Source: Podarcis vaucheri
Lineage: Eukaryota
Strand: one strand, 5' to 3'
Length of the DNA: 64,000 nucleotides
Assembly: GCA_965113315.1 (NCBI GenBank)
Contig: OZ220368.1
A model generated the notes under the pieces. The model was not told the DNA's origin. It worked only from the letters and a program-made list of their open reading frames with translations, and did no database searches. Of this stretch, positions 52,331 through 64,000 are shown in pieces; the first letter of the stretch is position 1; the number at the start of each line of letters is the position of its first letter. Both the position numbers and the translations under genes were made by a program.

Positions 52331-52989
52331 TATTATTCCAGCTAGCATTTTAACTGCCTTGGACATCTTGACTAACTCTGGTTACTGCAAAAGATGGGAG
52401 AAGAAGGAGCATTTGAGCCTTAAGCATATTTTTAAGATTCAGACTGGGGTGATCAAGCCACGTATAGTAGGGCCACCTGTATTCATAGCGTACAGTTCCA
52501 TCAAAATAACTTGATAGTTTTGTCAGAGAAGAACCTGTAAGTGGCTAAAATTCTGAGTGTAGGTGTTGAAATCCCAGTTTAGGATTTTTGCTCAGCTTTG
52601 AAGTTCCCTAAAGAGAAGACAGACATAAGAGTGTGGTGCAAAAGAGTGTGGTCCTGAAAACAAGTCCCTTTGAATGTACTGAAAGTGTAATTGCAACACT
52701 TAACACAACATTTAGATATATAATATGGGTCCACTGCGTTATAGTGTATTTCTTCCCCAGTGAGAGAATCTTTGTTCTTTCACTACACTCAGTTCTGCAT
52801 AATTCTTCCTCAGGTTGAGGTGGCAAGGCAAGGAGAGTTAAGTTCTGCAAAAGCAATGTCTTTGATCAACTAACTGATACACTGGGTGAATTGTATATAG
52901 TATTTATGTATTTAATTTTCATGCTGCCCTTCATCCAAAGATCACAGGGTAGTTGACAATATAAAAACACAACAACACATAACAACATT

Positions 52990-53570
52990 TTGTTGTTGTT
53001 GTTGTTTAGTCGTTTAGTCGTGTCCGACTCTTCGTGACCCCATGGACCAGAGCACGCCAGGCACTTCTGTCTTCCACTGCCTCCCGCAGTTTGGTCAGAC
53101 TCATGCTGGTAGCTTCGAAGACACTATTCAACTATCTCGTCCTCTGTCATCCCCTTCTCCTTGTGCCCTCCATCTTTCCCAACATCAGGGTCTTTTCCAG
53201 GGAGTCTTCTCTTCTCATGAGGTGGCCAAAGTATTGGAGCCTCAGCTTCACGATCTGTCCTTCCAGTGAGCACTCAGGGCTGATTTCCTTCAGAATGGAT
53301 AGGTTTGATCTTCTTGCAGTCCATGGGACTCTCAAGAGTCTCCTCCAGCACCATAATTCAAAAGCATCAATTCTTCGGCGATCAGCCTTCTTGATGGTCC
53401 AACTCTTACTTCCATACATTACTACTGGAAAAACCTTTGCTTTTACTATACGGACCTTGGTTGGCAAGGTGATGTCTACTTTTTAAGATGCTGTCTAGGT
53501 TTGTCATTGCTTTCCTCCCAAGAAGCAGGCATCTCTTAATTTTGTGGCTGCTGTCACCATCTGCAGTGAT
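52990..53570 (-). mobile_element. BovB (RTE) LINE 3' fragment
   Basis: Same BovB C-terminal peptide, (CAA)n tail, probable TSD cacataacaa; in EPS15 intron 1. Confidence 0.92.
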
Positions 53571-56500
53571 CACATAACAATATAATAACAAACAAAAGAA
53601 TAGTAATTATATGGCACTATTTATTCAACTTCCAGTGGAAGTGGCTTGCTCTTCATTTTCCACCTTTTTCTTTTTTTTTCTTTTTGTCTCCAGTGCTAAG
53701 TTCAGGCTGCCTTTCCATTTGTTTTGGTATTCTAAGCTGACTGGGTTTTAATTATCTGCTACTCCACTTCTGTTTTTTGGCTTTGTTTTAATTGTTTTGT
53801 ATTTTGAATGTTAACCGCCTTGATCACTCCTTGTTAAGCAGGAAGCTGGGATGTAAACATATGCAGAAGCATGTGTGGTGTTGTAATCCTATTTTCATTA
53901 ATTGCCTATATCATCTGAACAGAGAATTTCCATTTAAAATAAAATTTCAGCCTGTTTGTTTGAAAGGCATACCCTGGAAATCTGACCTTGTGGCACTTAA
54001 TTAGGCATGTTTTCCTATATTCTCTCATGGTAAGGGATTTTGGTGTGTATTACTAAAAAGTAGACCCCCTTAATCATTGATCAACATGCTAGTTTCTGAG
54101 TGTAGAATATATTGTCACAATGTTGTCAACCTTTACTTTGATAGAAAGTTAGAAATTCTTGATTCTTTAAGGATTAGAACATGTATTTTTATGAATTGGC
54201 CAATGAAACTTGGCTTAGTTGTTGTCCTAAAGGGCTTGGCCTTGTCGGCAGTTAAAAGTTTTGAACTTTTCCTTTTGTATTCAAAGGTATAATATGCAAT
54301 TTTTATTCTCAGTATAGATGTATGCTTCATGGGACTTTTGTGCATACAGAGCTTTCCCACCATTTTCTTTTTTTTCCGTGGATGTAAGATTGTATGCAAG
54401 TGTATAAACACACTGACATAAATTTGGAAAGCTATTTGTCTGGAGTTTTGTTCTTCATAAGTAATGTGTATACACTGGAGCTGCTGTACTAAGGCAGTTG
54501 TACCATGGGACTTGGTTTTCCTGGCTGTTAACAATACATCTGCAGTAAGAATGTGAATGCAGGCATTTCAATAATACTGTTCAGATGCTTTCATACTTTT
54601 TTTTAAAAAAAATATCTTGCCTTTCTACACCCACGTGTTTGTTTTTCAATGAAATATATTGGCGCTTGTCATTTTAACCATGTCTCTGTGTGTGCAGGTC
54701 ACATCTGCTTGCTACTAAAATGAGCTAAACTGAATGAGTATTAGTTAAAGCAAAATGGCCCTTTATAATATATAAGCAGCTCAGGTTTAGGGGTAAGTTG
54801 GACCGCATCCTAATTTAACTAGCAAATTGGATGTCTCCTACAGTTTGAACACTATGACATCTGGTATAGTCAGCTGATCTTGACATAAATCTCAATGAAA
54901 GTTAAATACTTCTCTGCAATAAAATAACAGGATGTAGTTTTAATTTTGCATGTAGAGTGGCTGGCATGCTTGCACTATAATTGAAAACAGAAGTTATGTT
55001 GTAAATATACTGTTATGAAGCATGCAAGAAACTCTGAAAAATGACAGTCTTCCTAAAATGTTGCTTAGCATCATATCATTTAATTTCCATTTTATATATA
55101 GTGCACTGACTGCCTTATATGCACCTTTCCCCTCCATTTTTGTTCAGCTGTGGGAATACTGTATATTGTGCCTGATCAGTTGGTGGTGGCTGTTTGTATG
55201 GAGAGACCATACAAAATGTACTTCTTCTAGCATATTGAGAACCTCAGTTTTCTCTGTAAAACTGAGTTCTTAAGGTTGTGGTGTTGGATTAAAGCAATGC
55301 TTGTGAAAACAAAGGGTAAGCGGAAAGGCTAAGAAGACATTTTTGGAAGTAAGAAGTGGGATGTCAGTGCCCTGCAGAACCCTCTATCCTTCATGACAAC
55401 ACAATCAGGCATCAATCCTGTACCAGCATACCTGAGTGAGAGTAAACTTCATTGGACCCAACGTGGCTTAACTTCTTCTGAGTTGACATAGGGTTGCTCT
55501 AGCTAGTACTGTACAATAAATTGCAAAACAAGTAAATAGATGCATGCTGATATCTGCATAGCTGATAACAGGGTGTGGAATTCAGATTCTCTTAGTGCAT
55601 ACATTTAAGTGCAGGGCACATGGAGACTTTTCTATACATGGTTTCTGTATGAAGTAAATAGGGAGCAGCAGCATACAGAAAAGTTTTGCAATCCAAGATC
55701 CCTAAATACTTTCTCACAAAGTTTAGAAACATGTTAACAAAATCAGGACTGAGAGAACTAGATTTTCACATTTAAAACCAAAGTTCATTTGGTACACTGT
55801 GTAGTGGAGAGAGATACTCTGTTTTGTTAGATCAAGGGTTTTTTATGGTGCTAAGCTAAAATCCTTCCTTGTTCACTCTCCTTCACTTTTTTTTGGAGTG
55901 AATCACCATTAAAATTCTTGATTTCTTGTAAGGTTGAATTGCAAGTATAGTAGTGCTTTTCTTTTAAAGAGAAGAAAACAGCAAGTTTGAACCAGTAGAT
56001 TATCTTAAGTAAGGAATTGAACTTCACATTTCTTCTGGCACACTTTTTAAATATAAAAATAATAATCTACAATTGGCAGAGATGCTGATCTGGTTGGAGT
56101 AGAATTAAAACCAAAACCTTATTTTATACAAGTAACTAGAAAGCTAATAAGGTTTGGTCCTGCTTAGTGATTTATAGACCATCTTAAATCGCTGAATCAT
56201 TAACTTATTTTTTTTTGCCATTCTTTATATCTTTCATTTGCCATGAAAGTGTCTGCTTAGAAACACTTTATGTTTCTGGAATTCTTGTCACATAGAAAGA
56301 GAACCCTGGGCAAACATCCATAAAGGAAATACCTGCAAATGTTGCCTTAGTGAAAGCAACAGAAGTGTATGGAAGAGAAGAGTTGTTGGGCCAAGTAGGG
56401 CTCCCTTGAAATGAAAAGGCAGGTGAATACATTGCATTTTCAGCTGTTGTTTAAGAATCTGAATTAATATTTGTTGTTTTTGTTTTGCTGTGCCATAAAA

Positions 56501-56844
56501 ATTAGCTCTTCAAGCAAGTGGTGAAAACTTGTATACTGTGTCAGAAAACTCTCTTACTTGCTCTTTGACTTTGTGCCACTGAAACCGTAGCTTTGTCATG
56601 GTCTTCAGCACTTGAAAATGATGACAAATGTGCCCGGGCACTGAAGGTCATGGTAAACTTGGAAACGAAGGGAGGTCCTGAAAGGCCCCAATAAAATTAG
56701 GATTGCAATAAAATGGACTCCTTTGAAAGGGAGTTAAAGACTAGAATACTATTTGTAAGATACCCATTAAACACTGTTGATCATGCACTAATATTTCCCT
56801 GGTTTTGCTTCTCCTTAGTTTAGAATCAGTGTTAGAAACGCATA

Positions 56845-57460
56845 TATATACCTTACCTCTCTCGCCCTGACCTAGCCACTGTGATCCACACAATGGTCAC
56901 CTGCAGACTTGATTATTGTAACTCACTCTATGTGGGGCTGCCCTTGAGACTGACTCAGAAACTCCAGCGGGTGCAGAATGCCGTGGCAAGTCTCCTTACG
57001 GGGTCCTCGCCATGGGATCACATTCACCCGGTGCTTTACCAGCTGCACTGGCTCCTGGTGGAGTACAGGATCAGGTTTAAGGGCTGGTTTTAACCTTTAA
57101 AGCCCTATACGGCCTAGGACCCTCGTACCTACGGGACCGCCTCTCCTTCTTTGTCCCACGGAGGACCTTACGGTCTTCAAACAAAAACATCTTGGAGGTC
57201 CCAGGCCACAGGGAGATTAGTCTGGCCTCAACCAGAGCCAGGGCTTTTTCGGCTGTGGCCCCGATCTGGTGTCACAAGAGACTAGGGCCATGTGGGACTT
57301 GACATCTTTCTGCAGGGCCTGCAAGACAGAGCTGTTCCACCAGGCCTTTGGCCAAGGTACAGTCTGACCCCCTCCTTTAGTAATCCTCACAGAACTGTAG
57401 CCCAATGGTTGCCATTAATTTGATTTTGAATTGATTTTAAAATGAATTGATTTTAACCTT
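56845..57460 (+). mobile_element. L2 LINE 3' fragment
   Basis: CRLDYCNSLYVGLPLRLTQKLQRVQNAVASLL...LHWL peptide. Confidence 0.8.
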
Positions 57461-57515
57461 GTAGGTTACAGTCACCACAATCGGATGTCTAGGCACTATT
57501 CCCTGCAATGCAGTT

Positions 57516-57562
<47 letters not shown>
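57516..57562. repeat. (TTG)n microsatellite
   Basis: Direct read. Confidence 0.95.
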
Positions 57563-57563
<1 letters not shown>

Positions 57564-58423
57564 TCATTTGCTTTATATTTTAAAGGGGGGAAAGTCAAAG
57601 TTGCTTACAACACATTAAAACATCAAATAAAACAATCCAGAATCAAATAAATAATAATCAAATAAATTCAAGCTTCATTCAAGGAAACTATTTCACGTCC
57701 TTCTCCAAGTGACATTTTGCTTTCCCCATATTTATTTACCTACTTAATTTAGTATAGCTGCCCCATAGCAGAAGTACTCTAGGAAGTAGACTAGGACCTG
57801 GGAGGCCAGGGTTCAAATCACCACTTATTCATGAATCTCACTGGGTGACCTTGGGCCAGTCACAGGCTCTTAACGTATCTCTCAGGGTTGTTGTAGGGAT
57901 TAACTGAGCAGGGGAGTGAACCATGTACTCCTTGGAGAAAAAGGTGGGATATAAATGCAGTAAATAAGCTCTTCTGCTTACTTGCTTAAGAAAGTTGGAG
58001 GGACCAGCCGGATGGAGATGGCAGTCACCAACCTGGAATACAGAGATCACTATGTGGTCACAATTGGGCCTGCGCCAGTCTCAAAATGTGCCTGGCTAAT
58101 TTCTAACACTGTTTAGAATGGGTACCGTTCGTTACCCTAGCAATAATCACAAATGCCTATATTGAATCTTGCACTGCTAGAATTCATTATGCAAGTGAAA
58201 TTCAGTTATAATATCCACTTACCCGAATACATTTTATACACTATAGTGATCTTCTAAGTGAGAGATGAATTGTGGATAAGGCAATATGCAGAACTTTGGG
58301 TTGAGTCCATAAATTTGTTCTGGTTATGCAAGGACTTGTGCTTTTTAGAAAAACATTCCCTCTTCCTGTGTGTTCCCCAAATCTGTTTTGGGAGGGAAAT
58401 CTTGAAGGTACACGGGGGCAGGA

Positions 58424-58659
58424 GAAGAAGAAGAAGAAGAAGAGTTTGGATTTGATATCCCGCCTTTCACTCCTTTTAAGGAGTCTCAAAGCGGCTAACA
58501 TTCTCCTTTCCCTTCCTCCCCCACAACAAACACTCTGTGAGGTGAGTGGGGCTGAGAGACTTCAAAGAAGTGTGACTGGCCCAAGGTCACCCAGCAGCTG
58601 CAGGTGGAGGAGCGGGGAATCGAACCCGGCTCACCAGATTACGAGTCCACCGCTCTTAA
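58424..58659 (-). mobile_element. Squam3 / CORE-type SINE
   Basis: B-box (ggttcgattcc on the minus strand), CORE ctgggtgaccttgggccagtcac, (TTC)n tail. Older relatives lie at ~40000-40200 and ~57780-57965. Confidence 0.8.
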
Positions 58660-60634
58660 GCAAAAGTCATTGTGTGAATACAGCAACTTTGCTGGATACA
58701 ACCCTTTCTCTTGGGTTACATACTTGAACTATTCAGCAGCTGCCAGCCCTGAATATTCTAAGCCAAATAGTAGGTCTTGAAATTTTCTAGTACATAGTCC
58801 TGACATAAAGCTGTAAAACAAATATATTCATTTTTAGCAATGTATGTATATATCATGAAAAGTTCATCTAGGTCCTGGGTGTTTTGCCCTGCACGTTGCT
58901 AGATTGCAGCATCTGATGTAATGTAGTTCTCCCACCCCTGATATAGAGGGAAATGTCCAAGTAGCCATTCTTTGCTAAAGACAGGGTAGATAAGTGTATT
59001 TCTGTCCTGCTCCTTTTGTAAGTACAATTTCGTACCAACACTTTCGAAAGATGAACTTCTGGAAGAACTAAAAGAGGAGTTAGAGGATGAGTGAGTTGGC
59101 ATTTGAAGGGGAAATTAAAGTTGAATATCCAGTTTCAGCAGTGTGTTCACTCTGGTTAGTGGAATTCCTTCCTCAATATGTTTGAAAGCTTAATTGGAAA
59201 AAGGAAGTCTGAGCTATTCTGTGTTTCAAAGATCAACAAGATGTCTTTTGCAGCATATGTGCTACAAATTCTGATGCTACCAGATGGCTGGAAGAACTTT
59301 CGTTGAAGGCGAGTCAGCAGTTGCTTGTGGGGCTGGGGTGTGGGTGGATTTGTGTTTGTAGTAAGGAGAATATAAGGATATTGAAATAAGATGGTGGAGG
59401 GGTGATGTCTTTCTATCTGGGTGCTTACCTGGGTGGGAAAACAGGGCCTAGGTGGGAGGGGAGGTGTAGTATGGCTAAGATGTCTTGATAGACACAAGTT
59501 TATAGTTAGATTCTCTGAATGCATTGCAAATGGATTGAGGAGACCCTGAATTACAGTATTCAGGAAGGTGGTATAGCAGCAAAGGGCTTGTGCTTGGCCT
59601 TGCAGTTTAAATAGTGACAGTGTAAACTGTACAAGAATTTTTGGAACAGCTGAGGTCTAAAGGGAAAACATATATTAAGAGACAGCTTTGTTACACCACG
59701 TACTTGGTGTTTGGAGGGCGCTTGCAGTTTAACTCATCCTTGTGTAAGAAATAAAGAAACTTACCAGTCTTAATTCCAATAATTTTATTTTAGGTATATA
59801 ATATTTCTTTACCTGTGATTTCCAGAAAAATCTTATATTGCTGTGCGAACAATTGTATTCACTGTAAGAGAAATCTGATTGTCTTGTTGCCCAGTTTGAC
59901 TTTTATCATAAAATGGGTCTCTTGCCAGTGAAAGCAGAAGACCTTCCAAGCTTTCGTCATTATGCAGAAAATGTAATTTGCATCTGTTGTTCAGATGTTA
60001 AACTGCATAGGAGAGACTGGATGGAGAGACTGCTTTGGAATTTGAGAGTGGTGAAGGCACAGGATGTGAACCAGCATATGTTTCCTATTCAAGAGTAACA
60101 ATAGGTTTGGCTTAGTAATGTTTTGCTAACAAAATGATGACATTGCTATAGTTGAACGAAGATGTGAGATTACTAATTGCTCTGTTGGGGAAAAGACGGG
60201 GTGCTGAACATTGACTTAATGGCTCAACTTCCACAGTGGTTTAAGCAAAACTATTTTCCCTTCCTAGTATTTGTGGATATCTGTTAATGTATTAATCCTG
60301 AGCAACACTTAACAAATTTGAGTGGATTTTGGAAGAGCAGCGTCCGATTATTATAGAATATACTGCCTAATTACTGCACAAATTCAACCTAATGTTCCAA
60401 GTAGACTTAAGGGGTTGTTTTGTGTTACAAGCAGAAAGCAAATTCTGAGAGTTGCACAAGTACAGCATTACTTCTTTAAAAAACAGAAGGGGACAAATGC
60501 ACACCCACTCAGGCTTTGGTGTTGGGTCAGTTGTTCATCTACTAACTGGCTGTTCACAGCAATGATCAATGGATGATCTTCTTCTCTCCAACTCCCTGCC
60601 CCTACTGTGTCTTTGTTCCTGAAACATCTTAATA

Positions 60635-60893
60635 CCGTATTTTTCGCTCTATAAGACGCACCAGACCACAAGACGCAACTAGTTTTTGGAGGAGGAAAAC
60701 AAGAAAAAATATATTCTGAATCTCAGAAGCCAAAACAGCAAGAGGGATCGCTGCGCAGTGAAAGTAGCAATCCCTCTTGCTGTTCTGGCTTCTGGGATAG
60801 CTGCGCAGCCTGCATTCGCTCCATAAGACACACACACATTTCCCCTTACTTTTTAGGAGGGAAAAAATGAGTTTTATAGAGCAAAAAATAGGG
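60635..60893. mobile_element. Tc1/mariner (pogo/Tc2-like) MITE
   Basis: TA|ccgtatttttcgctctataagac...gttttatagagcaaaaaataggg|TA. Confidence 0.82.
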
Positions 60894-60987
60894 TATGTTT
60901 TAGAAAATAATTGTGCTAAAAAGAAAATAATTCCTGTTTAAAGCTGGCACCTTTTATTTTTTAAAAGACAATCAATTTGTGCAGCAT

Positions 60988-61500
60988 TCTTCTTAGGCGA
61001 TCACTCGTAGCCGAGTAAGATCTTCCACGAACACAGTCTTAAAACAGTGAACCTGTAAGTGACTGTGGAGGCCAATTCTGGATCCACACAATGGAGACAT
61101 AGGTTTACAGGCGGGAACTGATAATGGTGAGGGTTTGACAAGCATGCCTTCCTCTTAGCACGTTTCTCCATTTCATCCTGAGTTTGAGCTTCTTCAAAGT
61201 CTATGACACCTTTGCTAAAGGCTGTTCTCCAATTGGCCAGTGTTTCCTAATTGTCAGTGTTTATACTACATTTTTTAAGATTTGCCTTGAGAGAGCCTTT
61301 AAACCTCTTTTGTTGACTAACGTTACGCTTTCCATTTTTAAGTTCAGAATAGAGTAGTTGCTTTGGAAGATGATAATCAGGCATCCAAACAACATGACCA
61401 GTCCAACAAAGTTGATGTTGAGGAATCATTGCTTCGACACTGGTGATCATTGCTTCTTCCAGTTTACGTACTGGCATTAGTTCGCCTGTCTTCCCAAGTG
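60988..61500 (-). mobile_element. RTE-clade LINE 3' fragment (non-BovB)
   Basis: Peptide QLCWTGHVVWMPDYHLPKQLLYSELKNGKRN is typical of an RTE ORF C-terminus; (GAA)-type tail. Confidence 0.75.
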
Positions 61501-63552
61501 ATATGTAAATTTTTTCAGAGACACTGTTGGTGGAATCTTTTGAGGAGTTGGAGATTTGTATGTTGCTGCCAGCTGGTCGAAGTTGCTGTGTAAGCTTGTT
61601 CTGCTGTAGAACCAATTTCTTCTGGGGAATTTCTGTCAATGTGCTGAGTAGAGTCACTGTTTTCTGGAAATGCAATTTCCCTCTAAGCTCTTGAGTAGTT
61701 AAGAATGTTAGTAACTGTGGTGTTACTATTTATTTATTTATTTCATTTATCATTTCATTTCATTTATGTCTTTCCTTTCTCCCAGTGCAGCAACCAAGGC
61801 AGATCGCAACATGAATTAAAAACAGATACAGCTAAAACTCACACAAGTTTTAAATATTTTTAAAAAAACAAAATAAATTGCCATATTAAAAACAGCACTG
61901 AATAAAAGCAGCTGAAAACCATTTCAGTTTTTATCCCACATTTTTGTATCTTCACCCACCCAAAATGTAATAAAATATGAAGATAAAGTGGCACCAGCAA
62001 AAAGAGTAGCAGCAACTTGTACATCAATTCTAATCTGCTGTAGACCCTCCGGGTGGGGAATATGTGCCAAAAATGCTGAATTTTGAATGTGTTTCAGGTA
62101 ATCCAGATTTGCATTTCAGTGATCTTAGAAAATGATAGAATTATGCCACAGAGCTATGTTAGATCTAGGACTAGTTCAACCCAATCAGTTTATATTATAA
62201 AAAAATTTAAAATTTAAGGCACAGCTGTCTTTTTAAATAGTCATTTTAAAGCTGTAATCCTAAACCCCACTGAACACCATGAGACTTGCTTTTGAGTAAA
62301 TGCATATAGGATTGTTCTGCATATAAGGAATACCATGGCAATACAGAATCATTTACTGTAATTTCTGTCTGAATATCTTCGACCAAAACTGCTTTGAAGT
62401 TTGGAAGCTGCAATACTTGATCCTTCAACCTTGGGTCCTGTGGTGCTGTTGCATTTGCAAACTCCACAGCCAGTTTAGCCAGTGATCAGGGTTATTGGAA
62501 GCTCTAGTCCAACAATATCTAAGGACCTGAGGTTGAAGATTGCTGATCTCCTTCATTTGTTTGCTTCATTGATAGGTAACATTGTGTTAAGGGAATTCAT
62601 CTTATTTCAAAGCACATTAACCAATCTTTTCTCAAACACAATGTGTAAAATAAGGGAGGAAAATAGAGGGGATGTAGGGGGGAGTCAGCTTTTAAATTTG
62701 TATAAAATTTGTATTAATTTGGTGACAAATTGTTAACAATTATGGAGGGGGGAATCGCAAATGCAGTGTGTATACAGTGCTGTGAAATTGGCTAGCTGTT
62801 GATATGACCTGAAGTTATGTGCCATTTGTTTTTCCACTCTGAAACATTATATAAACCGAACACTTGCAGGCTTTGGGGCTAGCAGCATTCCACATGTATA
62901 ACAATAACTGTGAATCACAAAATCCCACTGACTGAAGCCAGGACTGATGCTCCCATTCCACAAATTCTGCTATGTAAGAGTTGAAAAAACACGTACAAAC
63001 TAGGTCAAACAGCAAGCTTGTGTGTCTTGATGAATGACACGCCTATTTTACTTGAATTCCATGCCAGACCAATGAATAATCAAATCTAAGGTTTGCATTC
63101 AAAGACACCATGATAACCACATGCTTCAGAACATACAGCCAAACCTTAAATGTAACTGCAGCAAATTCCAGAGTCTGTTTTAGCAAAAATAGTCTTATGA
63201 GTCTTCAAAATGCCACCAGTGTACTGTGACATGAAGTTTCATGGACAAGAAGATGCATCTGAAAAAGTAGGTTTCATGCCTGTAAAAGTTTGTGCCTCAG
63301 TACATTGGTGAGCCTGCTTGAGTGGTTTCCTATGAATGCGAATCTCTAGCCACATAAGACTTTGTAATGTATTGTATATTGCTCTTCTATGCAATAATGG
63401 ATAGTCTCTGTTTCTGAACGCTTACCTAATGCCATTCTTGAAGTCTAATCTTTGATATTGACAGAAAAAGCTAATGTATTCCCTGTTTAATTACAATCTT
63501 TAAAATCGAGCAGTATTTTAAAAACTTTTTCTCTCTCTTCCCTCCGACAAAG

Positions 63553-63594
63553 CTGTCAAGTGCAAATCCTGTGTACGAGAAGTTCTATCGACAG
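63553..63594 (+). CDS. EPS15: EPS15 coding exon 2
   Basis: Polypyrimidine tract, aag|CTGTCAAGTGCAAATCCT...CGACAG|gtaagt = LSSANPVYEKFYRQ (human LSSGNPVYEKYYRQ); 42 nt, phase 0. Confidence 0.94.
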
Positions 63595-64000
63595 GTAAGT
63601 GTGCCTGGCTTCCTGGGCTTATACAGTACTTGCTTTTAAAATATCTCCTCCTTGGGTAGTTATGGATGGACATATTAAAGAGGAGAATAAAACAGATAAT
63701 TTCTTCTTGTCTTTAGGCAATAGAATGAAATAAATATTTTGGGTGTAAAGTTAATTCTTAGGATATTTCAGTAGCTTTGCAGTACAATGGACTATTTATG
63801 ACATTCATATTTATACAATCACTTGTACCAGTACAAATCAGCAATTATTGCAAAAGCTAATTGCTCTAGGCCCCACCAACCTCTCGTACCAGACAGTAAT
63901 GGATTTATACCATTACAAGAGGAATATACTGTGGCTCATTATGTCTCCTTGTTGAAGCAACCAAGCATATCTTCAGTAAAAATTCTGTCCAGTAGCTTCT

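Overview
Eukaryotic (vertebrate) genomic DNA, not prokaryotic. The repeats (Sauria/Squam1 SINEs, Squam3, BovB, CR1, L2, Tc1/mariner and hAT MITEs) indicate a squamate, most likely a lacertid lizard. Gene order: OSBPL9 exons 1-2 (minus strand, CpG island ~19.6-20.3 kb), then a complete nine-exon calreticulin paralogue (plus strand, 24258-38306, 415 aa), then EPS15 exons 1-2 (plus strand, CpG island ~48-49 kb). By synteny the calreticulin is CALR4, a pseudogene (CALR4P) in human. It is the most interesting object here. It has a signal peptide, KDEL, and exons 2-8 of the same sizes as in CALR. However, it carries an extra acidic N-terminal segment, a net-basic C-tail in place of the acidic Ca2+-buffering tail, a Trp-to-Leu change in the glycan-binding site, and a perfect ERSE (CCAAT-N9-CCACG) ~200 bp upstream of its ATG. 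Together these suggest (inference) a UPR-regulated, functionally re-specialised ER chaperone. A young 5'-truncated CR1 with an 875-codon open ORF2 and a triplicated 20-bp 5' junction lies between CALR4 and EPS15. There is a 140-N assembly gap at 1503-1642. Family assignments and human reference comparisons are from recalled sequences, not database searches.
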